A stretch of DNA of 64,000 nt from a virus (Duplodnaviria > Heunggongvirae > Uroviricota > Caudoviricetes). Each line of letters starts with the position of its first letter. The first letter of the stretch is position 1. The position numbers and the translations under genes were made by a program. The stretch lies in IMG/VR virus record IMGVR_UViG_3300037484_000317. One strand, 5' to 3'. A model generated the notes under the pieces. That model did not search any database. It was not told the DNA's origin and was given only the letters and a program-made list of their open reading frames with translations. This document shows, piece after piece, positions 12,238-22,016 of this stretch.

Positions 12238-13039
12238 CCTGGTGAGGAACCCTCAGTGACTGCCCGATCTCAGTTCATCCAGAAGCTCACCCGTTTGGTC
12301 AGGGCCCAACCCGAGACCATTGGTGATGCCCTCTTTCAAGTGGGGTACATAGCCTCCAAATGGTCCGGTCTTCGACCCGATGAGCGAGCCAGGCTCAAGG
12401 TTGCAGCCACCAATCACGCGGGGCTCATTGAGCAGCGGAAGTGTCGTGCCACAGGCTTCCAGGTGGGCCTCTATGATTCCATCAAGCAGGGAATTGAGAC
12501 TCCAGATGGTGCCCCAGACAACTACAAGTTTTCCGCCGACTGGGAAGGTGGTCGATGGCAGCTCAAGTACAGCGTCATCTGTGAAGAGCACGGGACCGTA
12601 GTGTGTGTGCCTAGTCTCAGCTTAGGACGACAGACGATGGCTCATCCCAATTTCTGTGATGAGTGCCGAGATATTCTCAATGGGGTGGCATCGTGAAGTG
12701 GCGCAAGATCGTCGTGTCCGGAGTTGAGTGGAAGTACCACATCGGAAAGATTTCCGTGGTGGCGCGGTGCGGGGACCGAAAGCTAGTCGGCAAGCTCCCG
12801 GAGGTTACAGGGCTCGATTGGGACACCATTGAACGTGGACAGTGGAAGCGGACCACAGACGGGATGATCACGCCCAAACAGATCGCAACCTGGATTTCGA
12901 TGGTCGATGATCCAGGTTTGAGGATTTGCCAGCACGAACATCGTATCCACACCCTTGGATCCGGGATCTTCATTTGTTTCCAGTGCTGGCTACAGCTTAC
13001 GCTCGGAGTGTCTCTCCCCAGGAAGACTGGGTAGCTGGA

Positions 13040-13068
13040 TCGTGAAATGGCTGGGTTCTACCCGTTAC
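13040..13068 (+). promoter_or_regulatory. ECF-like promoter motif, copy 6 (variant)
   Basis: TCGTGAAA-N15-CGTTAC-act-GGTGAGGA, then ATG ~13087. Confidence 0.6.
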
Positions 13069-13371
13069 ACTGGTGAGGAATCGACCATGGACCCCAGGAT
13101 CCGTACCATCGGAGACAAGAGATTCGCTCGGCTGAGTGAAGAGACCCGTCTGCGCGGTGGCGCCGTCTACTCGATGTGCATGAGCTTCGCCTACGCTAAG
13201 AACGGGAACACCCACAATCCTACACCTCGGTTGGTGTGGGTGGCTACACTGGACGGTGTGGTTGTGGCTCGCGGCCAGAAGATGCGTGAGGTCCGGGAGG
13301 ATTTGGCTGAGGCAATGAAAGCAGGGGCGGAAGGTTTTGTGGAATGTTACGAGGACTGGCTTCCTAGGTAA

Positions 13372-13402
13372 ACGTGTAATCTCCCTGTGTTCCACCCGTT
13401 AC
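13372..13402 (+). promoter_or_regulatory. ECF-like promoter motif, copy 7
   Basis: ACGTGTAA-N17-CGTTAC-cta-GGTGAGGA, then ATG 13420. Confidence 0.7.
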
Positions 13403-13683
13403 CTAGGTGAGGAACGACCATGACGACCATGACCAACCGTGAGGGGCTGACGTTTTCGGAATGGATGGCCGCAGCGCGCATGGAGTGGGTGTCTGACCGC
13501 CCCGCCCTCTACCCAGTGGAGTTGGCGAAGCACCAGGCTGACTGGCTTGCGGGCGTGGACCCCTCGGACGTTCGGCTGGCCTTCGAGATGCAGTGCCGGC
13601 TCGCGGACGAAGTGCTTAACGAGTGCCTCTGGGAAGAGCGCATGGTCGATAGTTTCGTGCGATTTATGCACCCAGATCGCTTC

Positions 13684-13713
13684 GCGTGTAAATGACTGGC
13701 CCTTGGCCGTTAG
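13684..13713 (+). promoter_or_regulatory. ECF-like promoter motif, copy 8
   Basis: GCGTGTAA-N16-CGTTAG followed by GTGAGGA and ATG 13732. Confidence 0.65.
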
Positions 13714-16700
13714 ATGAGTGAGGAAACCGTCATGATCTATCAAGCACCCAACGATGCAACGCGAGAAGACCTTCTGACTGCATTGAACGAGGTGGTTCGG
13801 ATCGCTAACGAAGCACTCACCCAGCTCTCTGGCTACGTACTCGATCAGTCGGCCAGCACGGACAGTGATTTCGAGCGCTATCGCGTCCTTTGTGCCCAAC
13901 TGAAAGCAGCCTGCCCGTGACCAATCACTTCGACTTCGCAGGGTGTAAGGCTGGGGCCGTCGTCAAACGTAGCCCCTACTTCAATCGCAAGTACGGCCGC
14001 AAGGGCAAGGACACCCCGCTTGGAATAGTCACGGAACTGGAGTTCTTCCCCGCAGAGAGGGGAGTGGATCCGAAGTTCTACGGCAAGGGCCTCATCGCTT
14101 TCCCCGTGATCCACTGGGAGGGCCAGCCCGCCCCGCAAATCACCCACCCATCCTGTGCAGTCCTCTACCGGAAGACACCATGAAGCAATACATCAAGGTC
14201 ACTCTAGGAGACCCCAACCCTAAGGAGGTCAAACTTCCATGCGAAACACCTGAAGAGGAAGACGCAGCTCGTGTGGCTCTTCGTAATTCTGGTCTGGATT
14301 ACACTGAGGTGTGGCAAGCGCAATCCCCCAATGAACTTGCCCGTCGAACAGGGAAGATCCTGTGGGCAATGCCGCCTGGTTTCTTACGGGCTAGAGCCAC
14401 ACTCACCTGCAAAAACTACATCATAATCCGGGTGGGAGATGGTGCCAAAGACAATTCTGAAGTGCATGCCATTGACACGGAAGAGCAGCGTGTCTTAGCG
14501 GCAAAGGCTCTTAGAAAGGCAGGGCTCGATTCTGCTCCTGTGTGGGAGGGGGGGTTGGATGGAGACTCTCGCGCAGTGAGGACGAGTCGTTGCCTGTATG
14601 CACCGAATGAGCTGAGCTGTTTTGTCAGGATCGGTAACACCAGTTATCCGGTCAATACCCTGCACCAAATTCCCGTAGCTCAGGAGGCTATGCGGAATGC
14701 TTGGGTTAATGAGACTGCTGTGCTGACCGTGAATCTTGGTGACCCATCCGGTTGGAATCACTCTAACTGGAACTTGTTTGTTGACAGAATGTATATGTGC
14801 CTTCCGCTGCCTTGGCATGAGGGGTACGTCGAGCCAGCCGAGAAGAATCTCACATGCACGGTGTGCATCCAGGAACTTCTGATGCACTCTGGGTGCTCTA
14901 ATATCGAGTGTCCAATCGGTTACCACAACGTCCTGTCGAGGAACACAAGTGAGGATTCCCGTCGGACAATCAAGGAATCCACCCACACGGGAGAGGACCC
15001 GCTTGAGGACATCAAGACTTCAAGCTACAATATGGGTTATGTCATGGCGAAGGAGGCGCTCTCGGAGCGTTTTCTCAAGCTCGCTGGGGAGCAGTTCGTA
15101 GAGGGTAATACGGACCGGGCTACCCTTCTGCGGAACATGGGACGTGGTCTGGAAAAAGAGGCCCTAGAGGTTCGTGAGAAGTGCCCCCTGCCCAAGGGTG
15201 TACACAAGTGACCAAACCTAAGATGGTCCTACCGATCCGCAATACGCAGGATACCCCTGAGCCAGTTCTGTCCTCAGAGAAGAGGACTTCTGCCATGCAG
15301 GTTCTAGCAATGGTGGCCTCCCTAGGGGGCGGGATGCCAGAGCTACGGGCTCGTGTACGCCACGAGAAGGTCATCCCATGTCACGCCTGCGGGAAGTACA
15401 CTAAAACCACCACGGGGGAGTGCAGAGCCTGTGGGTCTTATGTCTGTGGAGGGTGTCATCTGATGCACTTAGATTCGGCTACTCAGACATGCCCAGGGAA
15501 TGGGACTCCGGTCCCGAAGCATCTGAGCAAGCACCAACTGCGACTCCAGAAGCGCCAGCAAAAGAACGAGGTCATGTGATGGGCTGCTGTGCTGACAAGG
15601 CGTGTGATGACTCAACCTGTATGCGCCTCCCTCCGAGTGTCACATGCGGTGACTGCGTGCATATCTCCAGGTGTGCTGCGCTCTTCGGCGCCAGTCTGGC
15701 TGACACCCAATGTGACTTTTTCCCGCGCCGATTTCTCATGGACTCCAATCAGGAGGTGGGCCACCGATCCCTTGCCTCGTTGCAAACGCGTGATGCTGAA
15801 TCGTCTTTCGCGGAGGCGACCCATAACTATCCACCTGAGTCTGACAACGTAGAGGATGCCTACGCCAATCTGTGTGCAGTGAAGGCTCGCTACGGATTGT
15901 GAGTAACCGGGGCGTAAGGTAGCTGTGAGGAACGTAGAATGAAGATTGGTGATACAGTTTGCATCGGGGACTTGCCAGAACGGTCCAAGTTTCTGACCCG
16001 CACCGAAAATCCGTCCCTTTACTGGGTCATCGGGCCTAGTGAGCATGAGGGGCTGATTCGTGTGTCGTCTATTGGAACAGATTGTTGCTACATATTCCCA
16101 GCGAACCGTCAAGTCCACCTCATCTCTCTCCCAAATGAGGACAAAGAACGCGCTGAATTCATCGCATCTTTGCCAGAGTCAGAATGTCAGTGTCCGACCA
16201 CAGAGGATCCTGGTCTCAGGCCAGATCCCGTGGGCCTTGCCATACAACTAGCTGCACTGAGCTTTGGTGGAACAGACCGCATCTTCAACAGCGCTGGATT
16301 CAGTAATGCGTTGGCCCATGTATCCGGTGTAGAGGCCCCCATAGCGGGTGCCCTGTGCTACGCAATCCTTCAGTCCAGGTCTGATGTGGAGGGATTGAGC
16401 TTCGCCCACTGGGTGATCAAGACACCTACGGCCAAGCAGATGAGGCAGGAGCATGTTGAGAGCATGGCCATTGCTTCTCTGAATGCGGAAATCGATCGGC
16501 TCAGAAAGCAACTTGCTGAGACTCGTAGTCCTCCCCATAATCTGGACCACTTTCGGGATCAACTTCGCACAGTCATCACCGAAGTTCTCAACGAACAAAT
16601 CATGGGAACGCTATGACTCAAGGATACTTCTACGCACACACCGCCGAGCGGCCACCACACCCAGACGCGAGCCCCCTCACCCTGCACACCACCTTCAAGA

Positions 16701-18373
16701 AGGCCCAGGCTGTCGCCCGCAAGCGGTCGAAGAGGTCAAAGACTGCAATCACGCTCGTTATGGAGCGGGACTTCGAGACTGGACTCAGCTCTGTTCGTGA
16801 GCGTTGGGAAAAGGGTGTTGGGATACAAGTGGATGAGGGGCTCGAAGCACGAGAATTGATCCTTGAGATCGAAAAGAAGTTGCTCGGAGAGCCATCACCT
16901 CATTTCCGTTTCGTGATGTTGTATCCAGAGTACACCATCGAATTCGCATCGGATGGTTTCCAATGGGGATTGTGGGTTGCTCACAGGTCGTTCTGGGAGG
17001 ATGCGTGGTCGGAGAGGCTGCATAAGGCCGACTTCCCCATCAAGGTCCAGTTTCTCAAGGACTCCGGTCAGTTCGTTAGAGACTGTCTCAGTGGCCAGCG
17101 CAACTTCTTAGGGATGGACTCAGCCGTTGCCTTTTCAACAGGCCGAGAGGCACTGAAACTGTTCAACAAAGAGGAATCATGAAGAACCAAATTGCGTGTT
17201 TTCTATTGGGCAAGGTTGAGGATGGTCGGATCACTCATGTTTTCCTTTCCGGAGAACCTCCCATGGCTCTCACCCAGCGTGCTGGTGACGAGTATGTCAC
17301 GGTCTTGAAGGCCTTTACTGATAGCTTCCAAGAGTCCATGGACTTGCTGGGGAAGATCTATCCGGTATCCATGCCGAAACTATCGGCCCTGTTCCCCTTC
17401 CCCAAGCAGTGAGCCTGACACATGAGCACCACTCGGAATTCAAGGCAGCAGATCAAGCACGCCAAAGAGAACGGATTGGTCCTCGTTCGGGCCCAGTTCG
17501 ATTTCAGTCATTTGAAGGAGCGACCTGACAACGACCTGTCTCAACTGGGAACCATGGCGTTCACTGGTGCTGTCAATCTCGCCTGTGCAAAGGGCATGGT
17601 GGAGGCCTATGAGGCGAGAGGCCTGCGCCTCACCCCAGCGGAAGAGATGGTCATGCTGCTTCTCCGTGGTCGGGGCGCCACTACCGTGAGGGACATCCAG
17701 GCACAGTTTGGTTTCAAGATCGATCAATGCAGGAAGATTCACAAGATCTATCTTGAACTCTACCTCCGGGAGAGGTCTGCGAGTCGTGAGCATCAAGAGT
17801 GAGGGAAAGCTGCTCCTGAACTCGCTGTACTTCCGCAAGTACATCCTGCCTGATTGGCTTGAGCGAAACGAAAGAGCAGCCCTAGAGTTCATCGAAATGA
17901 TGAGACAAGATCCTCAGTCTGAGGGTGATATTCAACATCATTTCGAGAGGCTAGCGGAACCTAAGCCCTCGAAGCCAGTCCTGAGGCCTCTCCAAACACG
18001 CGAAGAGCTTCTAGATTCCTGCTACGCCAGACCGTGGAAGGAAGATCGGGACTGGTGCAAGCTCCTCTACAAGCTGAAGCCCGAGTGGCAGGCTGAGTGG
18101 ATTGAGCGGCGTGAGCGTTCCGAGCGGGAATGGAAAGAGCGAAATCCCGAGCACAAGGTGAAGAATCATGTCTGACCTTGCTACGTTTGTGCGTGAGGTT
18201 CTTGGACTCAACGTGCGTATTCCTGTGTACTTGGCTCATGCACGTATCTCACCTAGTCCCCGTTTGACCCGTCGAGCACGTCGCGCTCACTTACAACCTG
18301 TACGGCATGCGCCGGTGACCATTATCTTCGACGAGGTTGGTGACTTCGATCGTTGAGGCCCATATGGTAGGAA

Positions 18374-18403
18374 TCGTGTAATCGATGACGAGCGACCCGT
18401 TCT
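18374..18403 (+). promoter_or_regulatory. ECF-like promoter motif, copy 9
   Basis: TCGTGTAA-N16-CGTTCT, GGTGGAGGA RBS, ATG 18418. The transcript would run into the tRNA. Confidence 0.65.
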
Positions 18404-18805
18404 CTTGGTGGAGGACAATGGAAAACGACAAGTATCGCCTTCGAACAACTGTAGATGGTGACGGTCTCCAAGATGGAGAGGAACCACTGGACCAGTTTCG
18501 CGACGGGGGCGTTTGCTTCCGTGACAAGCATGTCAAGGCCCTCATGCGATGGTTGCCCCCTGACAACCCGCCTTTCAAGAACGAGTTCGAGCTTGCGGGC
18601 TACTGGCGGAACCTCATGCGGCATGCCCACCGTGACGGTGTCCGGATGCTCGCGTACATGGCGGCGGAGGGCCTGCTCGGACGGGACGAAGACCCGGTGG
18701 CTGTCCTTCGGGACATGATCGCTCGGGATCGAAAGAGGAAGGGCCGGAAGTTGACGGTCGCCCTTCTCCAAAACATGATGGATCAGAATCCGACAAAGTA
18801 GTATG

Positions 18806-18876
18806 GGGGTTATAGCTCAGGGGTTGAGCAGCGAATTCTAAATTCGTGGAGACGGGTTCGAGTCCCGTTAACCCCA
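18806..18876 (+). tRNA. tRNA with anticodon CUA (amber suppressor type)
   Basis: Acceptor GGGGTTA/TAACCCC; D arm GCTC/GAGC; anticodon stem GCGAA/TTCGT with loop TT-CTA-AA; 4-nt variable loop; T arm ACGGG-TTCGAGT-CCCGT; discriminator A. CCA is not fully encoded (CCT). Confidence 0.9.
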
Positions 18877-18889
18877 CCTAGGAACCCAA

Positions 18890-19318
18890 ATGACGGGCCC
18901 ATACGAGGAGTGGATTGCAGAATACGAGTCTCGGCACAAGTCCGTCAGAGGGATGTGCCAGAGCGCGACTCAAGAGATGGCTGCGACCTTCCCAGAACTC
19001 AAACGGGTACGTGGCCACCTCAAACACCTTGGACCTCACTGGTGGTGCGTTGCGGTCAATGGCGCAATCGTTGACCCGACTGTCAGTCAATATCCCTACA
19101 TCCCAGACGGTAGTCAATACGAGGAATTCGACGAGTCCCTTGCCGAGACGCTTCCGACCGGAAAATGCATGAACTGTGGGGGCCACCTCTACTACCGGGC
19201 CGACTTCTGCAACGAGTCCTGTCATCGAGCTGTGCTAGAGGATTATGAACAGGATGCCAGTGGGCCCATATCTGCTCGGTACAATCCTAGCGACAAGCCG
19301 ATGTACTACGAGGATTGA
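18890..19318 (+). CDS. Hypothetical protein with CxxC motifs
   Basis: 142-aa ORF right after the tRNA. Confidence 0.6.
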   Translation: MTGPYEEWIAEYESRHKSVRGMCQSATQEMAATFPELKRVRGHLKHLGPHWWCVAVNGAIVDPTVSQYPYIPDGSQYEEFDESLAETLPTGKCMNCGGHLYYRADFCNESCHRAVLEDYEQDASGPISARYNPSDKPMYYED

Positions 19319-19377
19319 CCTCTATCGGTAGGGAGCTTATGGCGCTCGCGTTGATAGTGCCAATGACCCACACACGG

Positions 19378-20442
19378 ATGAGTCGAAATTTGGTGAGTGC
19401 CATTCGTGTGGCTCTTCGGTACATGATTTCGGCCCCCAAATCAAAGCTTTGTGTCTTTGACTTTGACGAGACATTGGCTGTGTCTGAAGGTTCCATCTCT
19501 GTTGTGAAGCCCGACGGTCAAAGAATTACATTTGACTCCGCTACGTTTGCCCATTTCAAGCCGGAGAGTGGGGACAAGCTCGACTTCTCAGCGTTCAATG
19601 ACGTGAGCAACCCACGGAAAATCAAGAAGAACTGGGATGAGTTCGTGAAGGCGTCTGAGGATTCAGATACTAAGGTTGTTATCCTTACAGCTCGTCCGAA
19701 GGGATCCGCTTCATCAGTATCTAAGTTCCTTGAGTCGGAGGGTGTCAAGGGAGTTCAAGTAGTGGCTCTTCAGAGCAGTGACCCTTACGACAAGGCTCGT
19801 TGGATTGACTCCGCCATTGAGAAGGGGGGCTACAAGGATGTTGAGTTTACAGACGACAGCAACAAGAACGCGAGAGCCGTTGCGGAGCATGGTGAGGCCC
19901 ACAAGAGGAGTGGTCTCAAGTTCAGCTCTGTGAACAGCCCACACCCTCAAGAGAAGGACTTCTCCGGGCCTGCATCGAAAAAGAAGTATGTGTCGGACAA
20001 TCCAACTACGGCCGTTTCCGAGTTTAAGTCCAAGACAACGAGTAAGGAAACAGAGCACAAGAAGGACAGATCACCATCGGATTGGTGGGGTAATCAGTCA
20101 GACGAGTTCCACAAGAGCTACTGTCGGGAGCACACCAAGTCGGACTATTGCCACACCGCTTCGGGAGCATCCAAGATGGCTTCAGATCCAAATGCAGCGG
20201 AAGTAGCTCGCATTAAGGCGAGAGCGTCCAAGTCGAAGAACCAGAAAGTCAAGAAGTACATCCCAGAGTTCATCGATAAGATTGACCAGTCGGGTCCGGC
20301 AGCAGGGATCTGGCTTGAGGGGCTGGAGTCCCACTTCGAGACGCTTGCGAAGAAGCCTGAGGGCTTGCTCAAAGGGTTCGAGGCAGATGACTTCGATGAC
20401 CTGTTCGAGGTAGCCTTCGGGTACAAGCGCCCTGGTACGTAA
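19378..20442 (+). CDS. HAD-superfamily phosphatase-like protein with an IRVALRY N-terminal motif and a basic C-terminal extension
   Basis: HAD motif I VFDFDET, motif II ILTAR, Lys motif III, motif IV FTDDS. Confidence 0.75.
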   Translation: MSRNLVSAIRVALRYMISAPKSKLCVFDFDETLAVSEGSISVVKPDGQRITFDSATFAHFKPESGDKLDFSAFNDVSNPRKIKKNWDEFVKASEDSDTKVVILTARPKGSASSVSKFLESEGVKGVQVVALQSSDPYDKARWIDSAIEKGGYKDVEFTDDSNKNARAVAEHGEAHKRSGLKFSSVNSPHPQEKDFSGPASKKKYVSDNPTTAVSEFKSKTTSKETEHKKDRSPSDWWGNQSDEFHKSYCREHTKSDYCHTASGASKMASDPNAAEVARIKARASKSKNQKVKKYIPEFIDKIDQSGPAAGIWLEGLESHFETLAKKPEGLLKGFEADDFDDLFEVAFGYKRPGT

Positions 20443-20465
20443 AAAGTAGCCTTGGTCGTGTAGGG

Positions 20466-20495
20466 TCGTGTAAATCTCCCTCCGTGGCTCGTTAC
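20466..20495 (+). promoter_or_regulatory. ECF-like promoter motif, copy 10
   Basis: TCGTGTAA-N16-CGTTAC-cat-GGTGAAGGA, then ATG 20516. Confidence 0.75.
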
Positions 20496-20515
20496 CATGG
20501 TGAAGGAAGAGAAAC

Positions 20516-20629
20516 ATGCCCAGACACAATGCAGAACGTCGGTCCTGGAAGGGCGTCTCTTACAAGAAGGGGCGCAAGCGCGTGCGGGCTCTCCGCGAGG
20601 CTCAGGCTCGTAAGGACTCTCAGGCGTAA
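20516..20629 (+). CDS. Small basic peptide, 37 aa (MPRHNAERRSWKGVSYKKGRKRVRALREAQARKDSQA)
   Basis: Directly behind promoter copy 10 and an RBS. It falls below the ORF-track size cut-off. Confidence 0.55.
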   Translation: MPRHNAERRSWKGVSYKKGRKRVRALREAQARKDSQA

Positions 20630-20640
20630 GGAGTCGATGA

Positions 20641-21010
20641 GGAGATTTGGGGTCAGAGTACAGCTCTCACGGGGTAGCCGCCAAGATCTCGGCAAACCTG
20701 CGAAGGTGATAATCTTCAGGTGCAAACCGGATGGAAAACCGGAACCCGCTGATGTGCGGGGTCCAAGTGATGCACGGTGAGGGTTGTACTCTGACTCCAA
20801 GTGTTCGGATCTAGAAAGAGGTCGCTCAAGTAGCCGTGGCCACGGTGAAAAATGCGGATGGGGCCCCGTCCAGGTGTAAACCGAGTCAGATACCAGTACG
20901 AAATCGAGTGCATACCGGGTTCGACTCCCGGCGCTTCACGGTGCCCCTGGTGGGCTTCACTCGATAGAGGACGGGGTTTGATGAAGCGAACACGGCGATC
21001 TCTTTGTGGA
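20641..21010 (+). ncRNA. Candidate structured ncRNA including a permuted tRNA-like module
   Basis: 24-bp helix 20647-20670/20777-20800 (WC plus G-U). T arm CCGGG-TTCGACT-CCCGG at 20915-20931. CGCTTCA (20932-38) pairs with downstream TGAAGCG (20982-88). No convincing CDS in the interval. Confidence 0.55.
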
Positions 21011-21056
21011 CCCGAACGAGACACACCATGCGTTGGTGATTCGGAGTAAGTCACCC

Positions 21057-21967
21057 ATGGGAACGACAAAATCCGAAATCAGGGCGTGGCTCAATCGTGG
21101 CAAGACAGAGGGTGCTACCCACACGCTAGTTGTGTGTGACACCTACGACCACACGGATTACCCCGTGCATGTCATGCCGGGTCAGGACGCACGGAAGGTC
21201 TACGAGGCCCACCAAGGTCCGAATATGCAGCGTGTAATGGAAGTCTACTCCCACGCTCTTGACCATGAGTCGCAGCTCAATGAACATCGTTCCCACCACT
21301 TCGAGTGAGTGACTCAATGACTGACACACCCACTCTTCGAAACTGCGGGGACTGCAATGCGGCTCCCGGCGAAATGCACCACTACGGATGTGACGTAGAA
21401 CGTTGCGCCAGATGTGGTGGGCAATCGATCGGCTGCTATTGTATCTACGAGGTCAACGGCATGGACATGTCGACCTTGGAAGAGACACATCCTGAGATCT
21501 ACAACGGGGGGCCCACTGACGAGATGAACGTGAAATGGGATCAGGAGTGGGGTCACCGACGATTGCCATGGACAGGCGAATTTCCAGGAAAATCCGAATG
21601 CCGTGAGTATGGGTTCTGGTGTATTTGGGGGCCACCGTGGATTCCTGTCCCTGCTGGGACTCCGGGAGCTTCGGAAAACCTCAATCGACTATCTCAGGAA
21701 TGCGATTGGGATGTGGAGAAGCAGCGATGGGTTCTCAACGTACACCCAGTCCCCGAAGACAAATCCCTAGTGGGAGTTATCCGAACGCTCAAGAAGGTGA
21801 TTGCGGAAGCGGAGACTAGGATTCTCGAAGAGGGGGATTTCCTGGAGGTCATCAACACCCTCAGGGAAGCAATCAGGGAAACCAATATCAAACTGTGTAT
21901 GTTGCGTGTAGATCACATAAGTGCTGTGATGAAGAAACCCCGCAACTGGGGATTGCCTTACCTCTGA
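21057..21967 (+). other. Two hypothetical genes (21057-21308, 21305-21967 Cys-rich)
   Basis: Tiled ORFs. The first has a GATHxLVVCDTYD..DYPV pattern. Confidence 0.6.
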
Positions 21968-22016
21968 TCTGACTTCACGGTGGCCGCCGTATAGTGTTTT
22001 CCAAGTAGGGAAGCAC

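Larger units (their letters stand above)
6660..18801 (+). other. Array of about 35 short same-strand hypothetical genes (e.g. 8649-9131, 9175-9714, 11268-11648, 14180-15211, 15939-16616, 16613-17182, 18418-18801)
   Basis: Continuous tiling of + ORFs, many with 4-nt ATGA/GTGA overlaps. Many are Cys-rich and several have TM segments. No family confidently recognised. Confidence 0.65.

Noticed and set aside
18830-18847. Reading the tRNA as Arg(UCU) from the TTCTAA string
   Set aside because: Shifting the loop by one base destroys the anticodon stem (AGCGA/ATTCG does not pair). Only the CUA register gives 5 bp.
18806-18876. tRNA-Pyl
   Set aside because: It has a canonical 5-bp anticodon stem, a two-base U8-A9 linker, a D-loop GG and TTC in the T loop, unlike tRNA-Pyl. 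No pyl genes are in the window.
20638-21010. tmRNA
   Set aside because: No G3-U70 pair, no CCA, no convincing tag reading frame, and the long helix is not adjacent to the T arm as tmRNA P2 would be.
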